A stretch of DNA of 64,000 nt from a bacterium. Lineage in GTDB: Bacteria; Myxococcota_A; UBA9160; UBA6930. The position numbers were made by a program, and so were the translations under genes. Where the stretch lies: assembly GCA_024226235.1 (NCBI GenBank), contig JAAELW010000062.1, positions 12,700-76,699 on the forward strand. The letters run 5' to 3'. The notes under the pieces were generated by a model, which saw only the letters and a program-made list of their open reading frames with translations, was not told the origin of the DNA and searched no databases. This document shows positions 55,628 through 64,000 of this stretch, piece after piece (the stretch's first letter is position 1; each line of letters begins with the position of its first letter).

Positions 55628-57075
55628 TAGCCCACACTCCCTTCCAATGAGACGCCTAGCAATGCCTGGGCCTCAACGGCAAACTCCATCGGCAGCTCTC
55701 GCAGAACCTCCTTGCAGAAGCCGTTCACGATCATCGAAATCGCGTCCTCCTCCGAAATTCCGCGTTGGCGGCAATAGAAGAGCTGATCTTCTCCGATCTT
55801 GGAGGTGGTGGCCTCGTGTTCCAGCGTCGAAGAGGCATTCTTCACTTCCAGATAGGGAAAGGTATGTGCGCCGCATTGGTCGCCCAGCAGCAGGGAATCG
55901 CATTGGCTGTAGTTGCGCGCACCATGCGCCTTGGGGCCTATGCGTACCAGGCCGCGGTAGCTCTGCTGGCCATGTCCCGCCGAAATGCCCTTCGAGATGA
56001 TCGTGCTCTTCGTGTTCTTCCCGATATGGATCATCTTCGTGCCGGTATCTGCCTGTTGCCGGTTGTTGGTCAATGCAACCGAGTAGAACTCGCCCACTGA
56101 GTCGTCGCCCTGCAGGATGCAGCCGGGGTACTTCCAGGTGATCGCGGAGCCGGTCTCGACCTGGGTCCAGGAAATCTTCGAGCGCTTCCCGCGACAGGCG
56201 CCTCGTTTCGTCACGAAGTTGTAGATGCCGCCTTTCCCGTCCTTGTCGCCCGGGTACCAGTTCTGGACGGTCGAGTACTTGATCTCGGCGTCGTCCAGTG
56301 CAACCAACTCGACCACGGCTGCGTGGAGCTGGTTTTCATCGCGCATCGGTGCTGTGCAGCCCTCGAGGTAGCTCACGTAGGAACTCTCTTCGGCGATGAT
56401 CAACGTGCGTTCGAACTGGCCCGTTTCCTGGGCGTTGATCCTGAAATAGGTCGAGAGCTCCATCGGGCAGCGCACGCCCTTCGGGATGTAGGCGAAGGAT
56501 CCGTCGCTGAAGACTGCAGAGTTCAACGCGGCGAAGAAATTGTCCGAGTACGGGACCACCGAGCCCAGGTACTTCCGGACCAGTTCCGGATGATTCTTGA
56601 CCGCCTCGGAGAACGAGCCGAAGAGGATGCCCTGCTTCTCGAGCTCTCCCTTGTAGGTGGTGGCGACGGAGACGCTGTCGAAGACCGCGTCGACGGCCAC
56701 GCCGGCCAGGCGCTTCTGCTCTTGGAGCGGGATCCCCAGTTTCTCGTAGGTTGCCAGCAGCTCCGGATCGACTTCGTCCAGGCTCTCGAGCTGCTTCTTC
56801 GGCTTGGGTGCCGCGTAGTAGTACATGTCCTGGAAGTCGATCTCCGGGTAGGAGAGCTTCGCCCAGTCCGGACAGTGACCGTCTTCCCGCATCTGTTGAA
56901 AGCGTTCGAAGGCTTTGAGTCGCCATTTCAGGAGCCACTCCGGCTCGTCCTTCTTGGCGGAGATGATCCGGACGATCTCTTCGGAGAGGCCCTTCGGGAT
57001 CCGCTCCTCCTCGATGTCCGTGACGAAGCCGTATTCGTACTCGCGGTCTGCGAGCTTTTCGATGGTTTCCGACAT
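55627..57075 (-). CDS. sufB: Fe-S cluster assembly protein SufB
   Basis: ATG 57075 gives [23 protein letters not shown] highly conserved SufB core follows ([21 protein letters not shown]). Confidence 0.95.
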   Translation of the reverse strand: MSETIEKLADREYEYGFVTDIEEERIPKGLSEEIVRIISAKKDEPEWLLKWRLKAFERFQQMREDGHCPDWAKLSYPEIDFQDMYYYAAPKPKKQLESLDEVDPELLATYEKLGIPLQEQKRLAGVAVDAVFDSVSVATTYKGELEKQGILFGSFSEAVKNHPELVRKYLGSVVPYSDNFFAALNSAVFSDGSFAYIPKGVRCPMELSTYFRINAQETGQFERTLIIAEESSYVSYLEGCTAPMRDENQLHAAVVELVALDDAEIKYSTVQNWYPGDKDGKGGIYNFVTKRGACRGKRSKISWTQVETGSAITWKYPGCILQGDDSVGEFYSVALTNNRQQADTGTKMIHIGKNTKSTIISKGISAGHGQQSYRGLVRIGPKAHGARNYSQCDSLLLGDQCGAHTFPYLEVKNASSTLEHEATTSKIGEDQLFYCRQRGISEEDAISMIVNGFCKEVLRELPMEFAVEAQALLGVSLEGSVG

Positions 57076-57091
57076 GGGTCCGGATCCTGTC

Positions 57092-57532
57092 CTATGCGAT
57101 CGCGAGGGTGGATTGGTGGTGCGGAGGCATGTCCGCGGCGAGTTCGGCGAGGCTGACCTGGGTGAGCGTCGTCTGGATGGCGCGGTTGATGCGCTGCCAC
57201 GGAGTGCGCAACCCGCAATGCGATGCCTGCTCGCACACACCGTCGTCCGGCACACATTCCATCAGCACGATCGGGCCTTCGAGGGCTTCGATGATCTCCG
57301 CGACGCTCACAGCCTCCGGCTCGCGCGCCAGCTGGTAGCCACCTCGCGAGCCACGCTGTGAAGCCAGCAAGTCCGCACTCGCCAGGGATTTCAGCATCTT
57401 GCTCACCACCGGCAGCGGCAGCTCGGTGGCTTCTGCCATCTCCCGCGCTGTCAGCGTCGTGCCACCCGTGCGTTGAGCGAAGTGGACGAGCAGGACGATT
57501 CCGTAGTCGGTGAGCTTGCTGATGCGGAGCAT
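57092..57532 (-). CDS. Rrf2-family transcriptional regulator (IscR/SufR-like, Cys-containing)
   Basis: [19 protein letters not shown]...[10 protein letters not shown] wHTH, and a Cys trio ([14 protein letters not shown]) suited to an Fe-S ligand set. Confidence 0.9.
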   Translation of the reverse strand: MLRISKLTDYGIVLLVHFAQRTGGTTLTAREMAEATELPLPVVSKMLKSLASADLLASQRGSRGGYQLAREPEAVSVAEIIEALEGPIVLMECVPDDGVCEQASHCGLRTPWQRINRAIQTTLTQVSLAELAADMPPHHQSTLAIA

Positions 57533-57569
57533 GGGGGTGCCTGGCCTGGTTCCGGGGAGCCGGGAACAT

Positions 57570-57613
57570 ATCGGACCAAATCAGTCCTGTAAATACCGGA
57601 CCAGTTTGGTTCT
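57570..57613. promoter_or_regulatory. candidate Rrf2 operator / suf promoter region
   Basis: aTCGGACCAAATCAGTCC (GGAC-N7-GTCC dyad) and ACCGGACCAGTTTGGTTC (GGACCA/TGGTTC imperfect dyad) share the motif CGGACCA. They lie in the relatively AT-rich gap upstream of rrf2. Confidence 0.3.
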
Positions 57614-57664
57614 AGTTGGGCGCGCTCGCAGTAGGGCCCCGAATCGCCCCCGCCCCGTCGCAGT

Positions 57665-58888
57665 TCACACCTCGATGTCGGTGAACCGCACCAATCGCGA
57701 CAACACACCCTGGCCATCGTGGTGCCAGCCGAGGGGAGGCGCCTGCATTCGCCCGAGCGGCGCGATCCGGGAAGGCGCGAGGGTGCGGAGGCCCTCGACC
57801 AGCAGGGCCTGCTCTTCGGGCTGGGCGGCCAGGCCGATGGCCGCGAGCCAGGGTGCCAATGGAGCCAGGCTGTCCCGCAGCGATCTGAGGTCGGGGACCG
57901 GGTGTACGCGCAGAAAGCGATGCAGCGGAGCCGGGCGTGGCCGGGAAGAATTCTCGATCACGAGAGTCCAGCCATCACCGGTATGCAGCCGCACGCGGCC
58001 ATCCGAAGCTCCGCGAAATTCCGCGCCGTCTCGTTCCTGGGCGAGCTTCGCCGCCGCTTCGGGCGGCGTCTTCCCCGGAGGCACGCGTTTGGTGATCTCC
58101 GTGAACGCACGCACGAGTTCGGTCTCCAGCGCGGCTGGCACCGTCCCGTCGGGTGCCATGACCCAGACAGCGGTGGGTGACAAACAGCCAAGCTGATCCC
58201 ACAACGCGACATCGATGGCGAGTGCATCTGCCACCCGGGCTGGGTCCGAACCCGCACCGATCACCGCGACGGACAACCGATGCCCGTAGCCTACGAAGCG
58301 CGTTCCGGGACCGATCCGTCCTGCGATTTCGCTGAGAGTTTCATCGGAGCCCGTGGCGACGACGCACTCCGCGCGAAGCAGCGCTTCCCAGGCTTCTCGC
58401 TGGTCGTGAGAGATTGCGGTCAATGCGAGGCAGGCAGCGAGTTCCGGATCGATCCGTTCCAATGCTTCGCCGATGCACACGGCCGTCACCGGATCATGCC
58501 GTCCGATCCGGGCGAATACGGTAGACCCGACCGCCAGCGGAGCGATGAGGGATAGAACGCTGGGCATCGGAAGGGCGCCACCGAGCAGTACGGCGGTCGA
58601 GCTGAAGCCGACCGCCGGAGTTGAGGTGCCATCGCCCAGCTCCGTCCGGAAGAGCGCACGCAAGGCCTCACCCGTCCATTCCGAAAGTGCCAGATCGAGG
58701 CCGGCGCGAACGGTCGAGGGGTGAAATCCGGTTGCATCGGGGAGCCGGTCGGCGAGGCGTTGGCGCAGCGCGGAGTCCGTCTGGGCGAGTTCATCCAGGA
58801 GCACAGTCAGGGGCTCCAGGCGGGCTTGCTGGTTTCGCGCGCGGAACGCCCGGCCCGCTTCTCGAAGCCGTGCCCAGGTTGCTTCCAT
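57665..58888 (-). CDS. LuxC-like acyl-CoA/acyl-protein reductase family protein
   Basis: ATG 58888 lies one nt after the upstream stop. DQLGCLSP gives an aldehyde-dehydrogenase-fold catalytic Cys context. The C-terminal PPLGWHHDGQGVLSRLVRF is typical of the LuxC family as I recall it. Confidence 0.72.
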   Translation of the reverse strand: MEATWARLREAGRAFRARNQQARLEPLTVLLDELAQTDSALRQRLADRLPDATGFHPSTVRAGLDLALSEWTGEALRALFRTELGDGTSTPAVGFSSTAVLLGGALPMPSVLSLIAPLAVGSTVFARIGRHDPVTAVCIGEALERIDPELAACLALTAISHDQREAWEALLRAECVVATGSDETLSEIAGRIGPGTRFVGYGHRLSVAVIGAGSDPARVADALAIDVALWDQLGCLSPTAVWVMAPDGTVPAALETELVRAFTEITKRVPPGKTPPEAAAKLAQERDGAEFRGASDGRVRLHTGDGWTLVIENSSRPRPAPLHRFLRVHPVPDLRSLRDSLAPLAPWLAAIGLAAQPEEQALLVEGLRTLAPSRIAPLGRMQAPPLGWHHDGQGVLSRLVRFTDIEV

Positions 58889-58889
58889 C

Positions 58890-59981
58890 TCAGGAGCGCG
58901 CAGCACTGAGCATCTCGTCTGCGGCGATCGAGCAGCCACGCGCCTCGGCGCCTTGTGCCCGCCCCAGCACCTCGAAACCGTCGCCCCTCATGGCACCCAG
59001 GTCTGCCGTCTGGATTGCGAGCATGCTTCCGGTGTTCGCAAGATCCACGATCCGGATCACTCCGACCTCGCCATTCGCCACCTCAGTCCCGCTCTCCGGA
59101 TCGACCATCCGGACGCGCACCCAGGGTGGGATGCGCTTGCGTCGCGGCTCTTCCGGACGCGACAGGATGGTGTCATAGAACTGGCTCGCGAGTTCGGTCA
59201 TCCCGTACTGGTTGACGATCCTCTCATCGGGTACGTCGAGCCGGTCCGTGATCCAGTCGTAGAGGGCACTGCGATCCATCGCTCGGGCGCGGCCTTTGAA
59301 GCCGCCGGTCTCCATGATCCGCGCATTGGCCGGAAGCACGACATGCTGCCCGGTGGCCTGCATCGCATCGAGCAGATGCACGAAGGCGAATGCGGTTCCA
59401 CATAGCAAGATGGGTATGGCCGTGATTGCGGCAGTTTCCAGCGCATCTGTCAGGGCTCGCGTCTGGAGCTCGCCATCTTCGACGAAAAATCGGCTCTCTG
59501 TGTCACCTCGTCGGCGCTGCATTACGCCCAGCATGTGGGAGAGCGAGGAGTCCGGGGCCGCTTCTGGTGACGGCGCCAGCAGAAGCATTCGAACGGGCAC
59601 ATCACCCGCCAGGTCCGGAAGCACGCCCCGCTCGAAGCTCGGAACGAGTGATGCCTCGTAGGCTTCCAGGCTTTCCAGGTGGAGCTCACCCCGTTGATTG
59701 GTCGTGGTCCCACTCGTACGGAAGACGTGCTTTGTCCGTTCTTCGGGGAAGCTCGCGAGGCGCAGCTCCTTGAAGGCTCCAGTCGGAACTGCGGGGATCT
59801 CCATCCAGCCCTGAACGGTTTCCGGCGTGCGGTCGCGACCTTCGCAGAACCGGCGATAGGGCGTGCAATGCTCGAACTGATGGGCGAAGAGCGCGAGAGC
59901 AATGCTCTCGAAGCGCTTCTCGTCCCGCTCGTCCGGGTGCAGGCGCATCCAACGGAGCAGTTCGGTTTCCGGGCTCTTCAT
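58890..59981 (-). CDS. LuxE-like acyl-protein synthetase (adenylate-forming) family protein
   Basis: FRTSGTT, METGGFKG, NQYGMTE and the C-terminal RGCS are a LuxE-family pattern. The start overlaps the aminotransferase stop (ATGA). Confidence 0.75.
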   Translation of the reverse strand: MKSPETELLRWMRLHPDERDEKRFESIALALFAHQFEHCTPYRRFCEGRDRTPETVQGWMEIPAVPTGAFKELRLASFPEERTKHVFRTSGTTTNQRGELHLESLEAYEASLVPSFERGVLPDLAGDVPVRMLLLAPSPEAAPDSSLSHMLGVMQRRRGDTESRFFVEDGELQTRALTDALETAAITAIPILLCGTAFAFVHLLDAMQATGQHVVLPANARIMETGGFKGRARAMDRSALYDWITDRLDVPDERIVNQYGMTELASQFYDTILSRPEEPRRKRIPPWVRVRMVDPESGTEVANGEVGVIRIVDLANTGSMLAIQTADLGAMRGDGFEVLGRAQGAEARGCSIAADEMLSAARS

Positions 59982-61252
59982 TGGAGCAACCGGGCAAGCG
60001 TGTCCAGGCCCGCTTCCAGGGCTTTGCTTCCGATCGTCAGCGGGGGAGTGATCGAGAGCACCTCACCGCGGTTGCCAGAAGGCAGCAGGATGAAGCCGCG
60101 CATCAGGGCCTCATGGGTGACCCGCATCGCGATCTCGGGTGCATCGCATTCGATGCCGATCATCATGCCGAGGCCCCGACACTCGCGAACCGAGGCCAGG
60201 TCGGCCGTCGATTCGCGAATTCGATCGAGAGCCCATGTTCCAAGTTCTGAGGCGCGTACTGCGAGCTTCTCGTCTTCGAGGATCGCCAGTGAGGCCAGCG
60301 CCGCGGCGCAGCCGGGCGGATGCCCGAGGAACGTCTGGGTATGTAGCGCTTCGCCGAGCGAGAGCGGCCAGCAGTCCATCACCTCCGCACGCCCGATGCA
60401 CGCGGAGATCGGCATGCCGGACGCCAGCCCCTTGGCGACACATAGGAGGTCCGGCACGACGTTCTCGTGCTCGCAAGCGAAGGTGCGGCCGGTGCGCCCG
60501 AAACCCGTGTAGACCTCGTCCGCGATCAGCAGCCAATTCCGTTCGTCGCAGAGCCGGCGCAGGGCCGCAAGGAAGCCCGGCGGCGGAACACGCTCGCCCC
60601 CGCGACCCTGGACGGGCTCGACGAGCACCGCACCTATCTCCAGGCTGGCGTTCGCGGCGCAGCGGATGACGTCGTCGAGATCGCCAAACCGGGCGAACGA
60701 CGTACGGTGCGGGAGAAGTGTGGCGAATGGTTCACGGAAGTCCGCACGCCAGGTGGCGTCGAGGGAGCCCAGCGCCAGCCCGTGGTAGCCGCCCTCGAAT
60801 GCGATCAGGCCGGCGTGGCCGGTTGCCAGCAGTGCGGTCTCGAGCGCGATCTCGACCGCATCCGAGCCGGACGAGCCAAGCACGGACCGAGCGGGTTCGC
60901 CGCCCGGAAACAGGGCGGCCAGGGCCTCCAGCAGTTCGACCTTCACAGCAGGGGGATGTACGTCGCCCATCGCGTGCATCAGCCGCCCCGCCTGGTCCGC
61001 CACGGCCGCAGCCACGCGAGGGTGCGCGTGGCCTGCGTTTGCGACGCCGAACCCCCCGCCCAGATCGACGAAGCGGTTGCCGTCCACATCCCACACACTG
61101 GCGCCCTCCGCGCGCTCCCAGAAGATCGGCGGGGCGGGGGAGAGGCAGGTGACGTTCCGGCTCTCGACCCGTGCCAGCCGCTGGGCGAGCGCTCGCGAGC
61201 GCGGCCCGGGGATCTCCGTTCGAAGCTCAGGAAGCAGGGTGTCCGGCTGCAT
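59978..61252 (-). CDS. class III (omega-type) PLP aminotransferase
   Basis: GGGFGVANAGHAHPRV, DEVYTGFGRTG, and the PLP Lys in LCVAKGLASG. I prefer ATG 61252. The GTG 61282 of the track ORF would overlap the divergent folK start. Confidence 0.9.
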   Translation of the reverse strand: MQPDTLLPELRTEIPGPRSRALAQRLARVESRNVTCLSPAPPIFWERAEGASVWDVDGNRFVDLGGGFGVANAGHAHPRVAAAVADQAGRLMHAMGDVHPPAVKVELLEALAALFPGGEPARSVLGSSGSDAVEIALETALLATGHAGLIAFEGGYHGLALGSLDATWRADFREPFATLLPHRTSFARFGDLDDVIRCAANASLEIGAVLVEPVQGRGGERVPPPGFLAALRRLCDERNWLLIADEVYTGFGRTGRTFACEHENVVPDLLCVAKGLASGMPISACIGRAEVMDCWPLSLGEALHTQTFLGHPPGCAAALASLAILEDEKLAVRASELGTWALDRIRESTADLASVRECRGLGMMIGIECDAPEIAMRVTHEALMRGFILLPSGNRGEVLSITPPLTIGSKALEAGLDTLARLLQ

Positions 61253-61275
61253 TGCCGGATACTCTAGGAGCCCTG

Positions 61276-61770
61276 ATGGCACGCGTCTTCATCGGGATGG
61301 GATCGAATCTGGGCGACCGGGAGGCCAGGTTTTCCGAGGCCCTGATGGCCCTTGGGCGGATCGACCAGAGCCGGGTGGTTCGAACGTCGCGCATCTACGA
61401 GACCGCACCCGTGGGCGGGCCGCCCCAAGGTCCCTATCTGAATGCGGTGGTCGAGCTCGAGAGCGCCCTCTCCCCGCAGCAGATCCTGGCAGAGCTGCTG
61501 GCGATCGAGTCCGCCGCGGGTCGGGTCAGAAATGGCTCCCGCGACGCTCCTCGAGAACTCGATCTGGACCTCCTGCTCTACGACGATCAGGTGCTCGAAT
61601 CCGCCGAACTCACGCTGCCCCACCCGCGCCTGCATCTACGCGCTTTCGTTCTCGAGCCGCTGGCGGAGCTGGCCGGAGACCTCGTCCATCCGAGCCTTCA
61701 CACGACCCTGGCTGAACTGGCCCGGCGCGTACGCGACCCCTCAGCCGTCCAACTCCTGTCCCCTCTGTAG
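61276..61770 (+). CDS. folK: 2-amino-4-hydroxy-6-hydroxymethyldihydropteridine diphosphokinase
   Basis: ATG 61276 gives MARVFIGMGSNLGDR...YETAPVG...LDLDLL...LTLPHPRLHLRAFVL, the HPPK signature. Confidence 0.9.
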   Translation: MARVFIGMGSNLGDREARFSEALMALGRIDQSRVVRTSRIYETAPVGGPPQGPYLNAVVELESALSPQQILAELLAIESAAGRVRNGSRDAPRELDLDLLLYDDQVLESAELTLPHPRLHLRAFVLEPLAELAGDLVHPSLHTTLAELARRVRDPSAVQLLSPL

Positions 61771-61792
61771 CGTCGGGGGGAGGCTGCAAAGC

Positions 61793-62350
61793 TCAGCGGA
61801 TGTAGCCTGGTAAGCACTCGTCCGAGAGCCGACAAGCATCGAACAGACCGTCTTCGACCCAGTAGCGCTTCTCTTCGAGTTCCTGGAGCGCGGCGTCGAG
61901 CCGGCCCTTTTCGACGGTCGTGCAGCCCGGCGGCAACTCGTACAGGGAGTGGTGCGGATCCTTGCCACCACATCGGGTCTGCCACGTTTCATAGTTGCGT
62001 TCAGCCGTGGCCAGCTCCCGCTTCGCAATGCGGGCCTTGCCTGCCCATTCCGCGCGGGTGCGCTCCTCGCTCAAGGCCTGGGCTCTTGCTTCCTTCACGG
62101 CCTCGGGCTTGGGGGGTGAGGTTCGCTGCTTGCTCGGGGTGACGGCCCGTTCGGACCGAGGTCGCCTGCTGAGCCGACCGTCCGGCCGGTAGTCCGATGA
62201 CTCGACCGTGGCGCCTTCGGGAACCAGCCCGGGCGATGCGTATCCGATCTTTCCGTCCGGAGTGCGGTACTTCACCATCCCCCCTGCCAGCCCAGGGGCG
62301 GCGATCAGGAGAAGTGCTGCAAGCAAGAGGCTGATCGGACGAAATTGCAC
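61793..62350 (-). CDS. secreted hypothetical protein (DUF4124-like N-terminus)
   Basis: GTG start, signal peptide LLLAALLLIAAPGLAG, then VKYRTPDGKIGYAS. It has a charged middle region and a Cys-containing tail. Confidence 0.5.
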   Translation of the reverse strand: MQFRPISLLLAALLLIAAPGLAGGMVKYRTPDGKIGYASPGLVPEGATVESSDYRPDGRLSRRPRSERAVTPSKQRTSPPKPEAVKEARAQALSEERTRAEWAGKARIAKRELATAERNYETWQTRCGGKDPHHSLYELPPGCTTVEKGRLDAALQELEEKRYWVEDGLFDACRLSDECLPGYIR

Positions 62351-62498
62351 ACCCCTGGGATCGGCGGGACCTCACCCCTGCTTGAGAGCGGTCCGATCCT
62401 TGTTGCCGGGGATGGCCTGGAAGTTCGACTTGTCTCACACTGCAGCCACTGGGCTGGTACCCAGCCGAACGGGTGTCCATGCCGAGGGAGGTTTCGAG

Positions 62499-63329
62499 AT
62501 GAAGGTCGAAGATCGAATCGTCGTCGTGACAGGCGGTGCGAGTGGCATTGGCAAGGGACTGGCCGAGCGCTTTCATCAGGAGGGTGCGCGCCACGTCGTG
62601 GTGGCCGACCGAGATGAAGCCGGCGCTCGCCTGGTTGCGGAGGCCATCGGTGGCACCAGCGCAGGCCTGGACGTGGCAGATGAAGAGGCCGTCCGCTCTC
62701 TGGTCGAGGAAACCGAGCGCGCCCAGGGTGGGATCGACCTGTTCGTGTCGAATGCGGGCTACGTGACCCTGGGAGGGCTCGAAGCGCCCGTCGAGGATCT
62801 GCAGCGCATGTGGGAGGTGCACGTGTTGGCGCATCTCTATGCGGCCCGGGCGGTGTTGCCAGGGATGATCGAGCGCGGCAGCGGCTACTTGCTGAACACC
62901 GCTTCTGCAGCGGGCCTCCTGACCCAGCTTGGCTCGCTTTCCTACTCAGTGACCAAGCATGCAGCCGTTGCGCTGGCAGAATGGATCGCCATCACGCACG
63001 GCCATCAGGGCATCCGCGTTTCAGTGCTCTGCCCGCAGGCCGTCGCGACGGCCATCGAGGCCAATAGCCCCGACCGCGACAAGCTCGGCGGCGGTGGCAA
63101 GGGAGTCGCGAGTGGGGACGGCGTGATCCAACCCGAGGACGTGAACCAATGCGTGGTCGAGGCTCTCGATGAGGAACGCTTCTGGGTCCTGCCGCATCCG
63201 GAAGTCGCCGAGTACGCTCGCCGCAAGAGTGCCGACGTGGATCGCTGGATCGGCGGGATGATGCGTTTCCAGGATCGGCTGTTCGGCAAGCAGGAGCAGC
63301 CCGGCGACTGGCTGATGCGCAACCGGTAA
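62499..63329 (+). CDS. SDR-family oxidoreductase
   Basis: ATG 62499 with a GGGAGG SD. IVVVTGGASGIGKGLA, SNAGY, and the catalytic YSVTKHAAV. Confidence 0.88.
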   Translation: MKVEDRIVVVTGGASGIGKGLAERFHQEGARHVVVADRDEAGARLVAEAIGGTSAGLDVADEEAVRSLVEETERAQGGIDLFVSNAGYVTLGGLEAPVEDLQRMWEVHVLAHLYAARAVLPGMIERGSGYLLNTASAAGLLTQLGSLSYSVTKHAAVALAEWIAITHGHQGIRVSVLCPQAVATAIEANSPDRDKLGGGGKGVASGDGVIQPEDVNQCVVEALDEERFWVLPHPEVAEYARRKSADVDRWIGGMMRFQDRLFGKQEQPGDWLMRNR

Positions 63330-63361
63330 CGCGGATCCCACTGCCCTCGAAACCGCATCAG

Positions 63362-64000
63362 CTACGAGGTCTGGTCGGCCTCCGCCTGGCTCGGGTCGTC
63401 CCTCGTCTCCTTCGGCAGCCACATCCCCAGTTTCTCCGCCAGGGCCTTGGGGTTGACGGGTTTGGTCAGGTAGTCGTTCATGCCCGCCTCGATGCAGCGG
63501 TTGCGTTCTCCCTGTACGGCATTGGCCGTCAGCGCGACGATCGATAAGTCCCGATACTCGCGCTCCGATTCGCGGATCTTCCGCGTCGCGGTGAGGCCAT
63601 CCATCTCGGGCATCTGCATGTCCATCAGGATCAAGTCGTAGTGAGCGGTCTCCAACGCTTCGAGCGCTTCGAGTCCATTCGCGACCACGTCGGCCTTCAC
63701 TCCCAGCTTCTTCAGCAATGCCATAGCCACCTTCTGGTTGACGAGGTTGTCTTCGGCAACCAACACGCGCGCATTGCTGTGGCCTAGCTCCTGGATCCCC
63801 TGCCCCTTGCTCTGGCTCGCGACCGGCGCGCGCCCCGTGAGCGCCCCGAGCAGACTGTCGAAGAGTTCAGAGTTGCGTATCGGCTTTGGGAGAGCTGAAA
63901 CGAAACCGATCTCCTCGAGCTGCTTCGTCTGCCCCTGCAGGGTGAGAGGTGTCAGGATCACGAGCTTCACAGTGTTCAAAGCGGGATCCGCGTTGATTGC
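63362..64000 (-). CDS. hybrid sensor kinase / response-regulator protein, C-terminal receiver domain (N-terminal part lies beyond the window end)
   Basis: Full REC domain (RVLVAEDNLVNQKV...DLILMDMQMPEMDG...ALTANA...DYLTKP), preceded by the tail of another REC-like segment. The frame stays open to base 64000. The track's M at 63979 is a TTG Leu. Confidence 0.8.
   Translation of the reverse strand, partial: AINADPALNTVKLVILTPLTLQGQTKQLEEIGFVSALPKPIRNSELFDSLLGALTGRAPVASQSKGQGIQELGHSNARVLVAEDNLVNQKVAMALLKKLGVKADVVANGLEALEALETAHYDLILMDMQMPEMDGLTATRKIRESEREYRDLSIVALTANAVQGERNRCIEAGMNDYLTKPVNPKALAEKLGMWLPKETRDDPSQAEADQTS

Overview
This is a GC-rich, densely packed chromosomal segment from a diderm-type bacterium (it has an RND pump, lipoproteins and a SufU-type Fe-S system). 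I cannot assign a taxon from sequence alone. I support about 65 protein genes and a clear TPP riboswitch in front of a thiC gene that the ORF track misses because it runs off the window. I also support one candidate promoter-to-terminator small RNA, two intrinsic terminators, one 36-bp in-frame tandem repeat and several candidate operator repeats.

I see no rRNA, tRNA, CRISPR array, transposase, integrase, phage gene or recognisable defence system.

**Housekeeping content:**
- thiC
- a ClC channel
- a 2-oxoacid dehydrogenase E1ab/E2 operon
- aroC, mutY, acs, pepP, rnd, ilvE, proS, folK
- an Rrf2-sufBCDSUT operon

**Accessory-looking content (the hunt targets):**
1. A class-III aminotransferase / LuxE-like / LuxC-like cassette with no luciferase genes (57.7-61.3 kb).
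2. A seven-gene operon joining TetR-MFP-RND to EthD-like, SDR, radical SAM and GT2 genes (15.8-24.5 kb).
3. An ORF-free, AT-richer unit of about 240 nt with stacked helices between pepP and rnd (38.2-38.46 kb).
4. A TetR-SDR-ADC-Rieske-amidohydrolase catabolic cluster (11-15.8 kb).
5. A membrane-lipid-type cluster (45.4-49.1 kb).

All functional calls come from motifs I recognise by eye. No database search was run. Many start codons are my own re-calls, because the track ORFs often carry spurious GC-rich N-terminal extensions.
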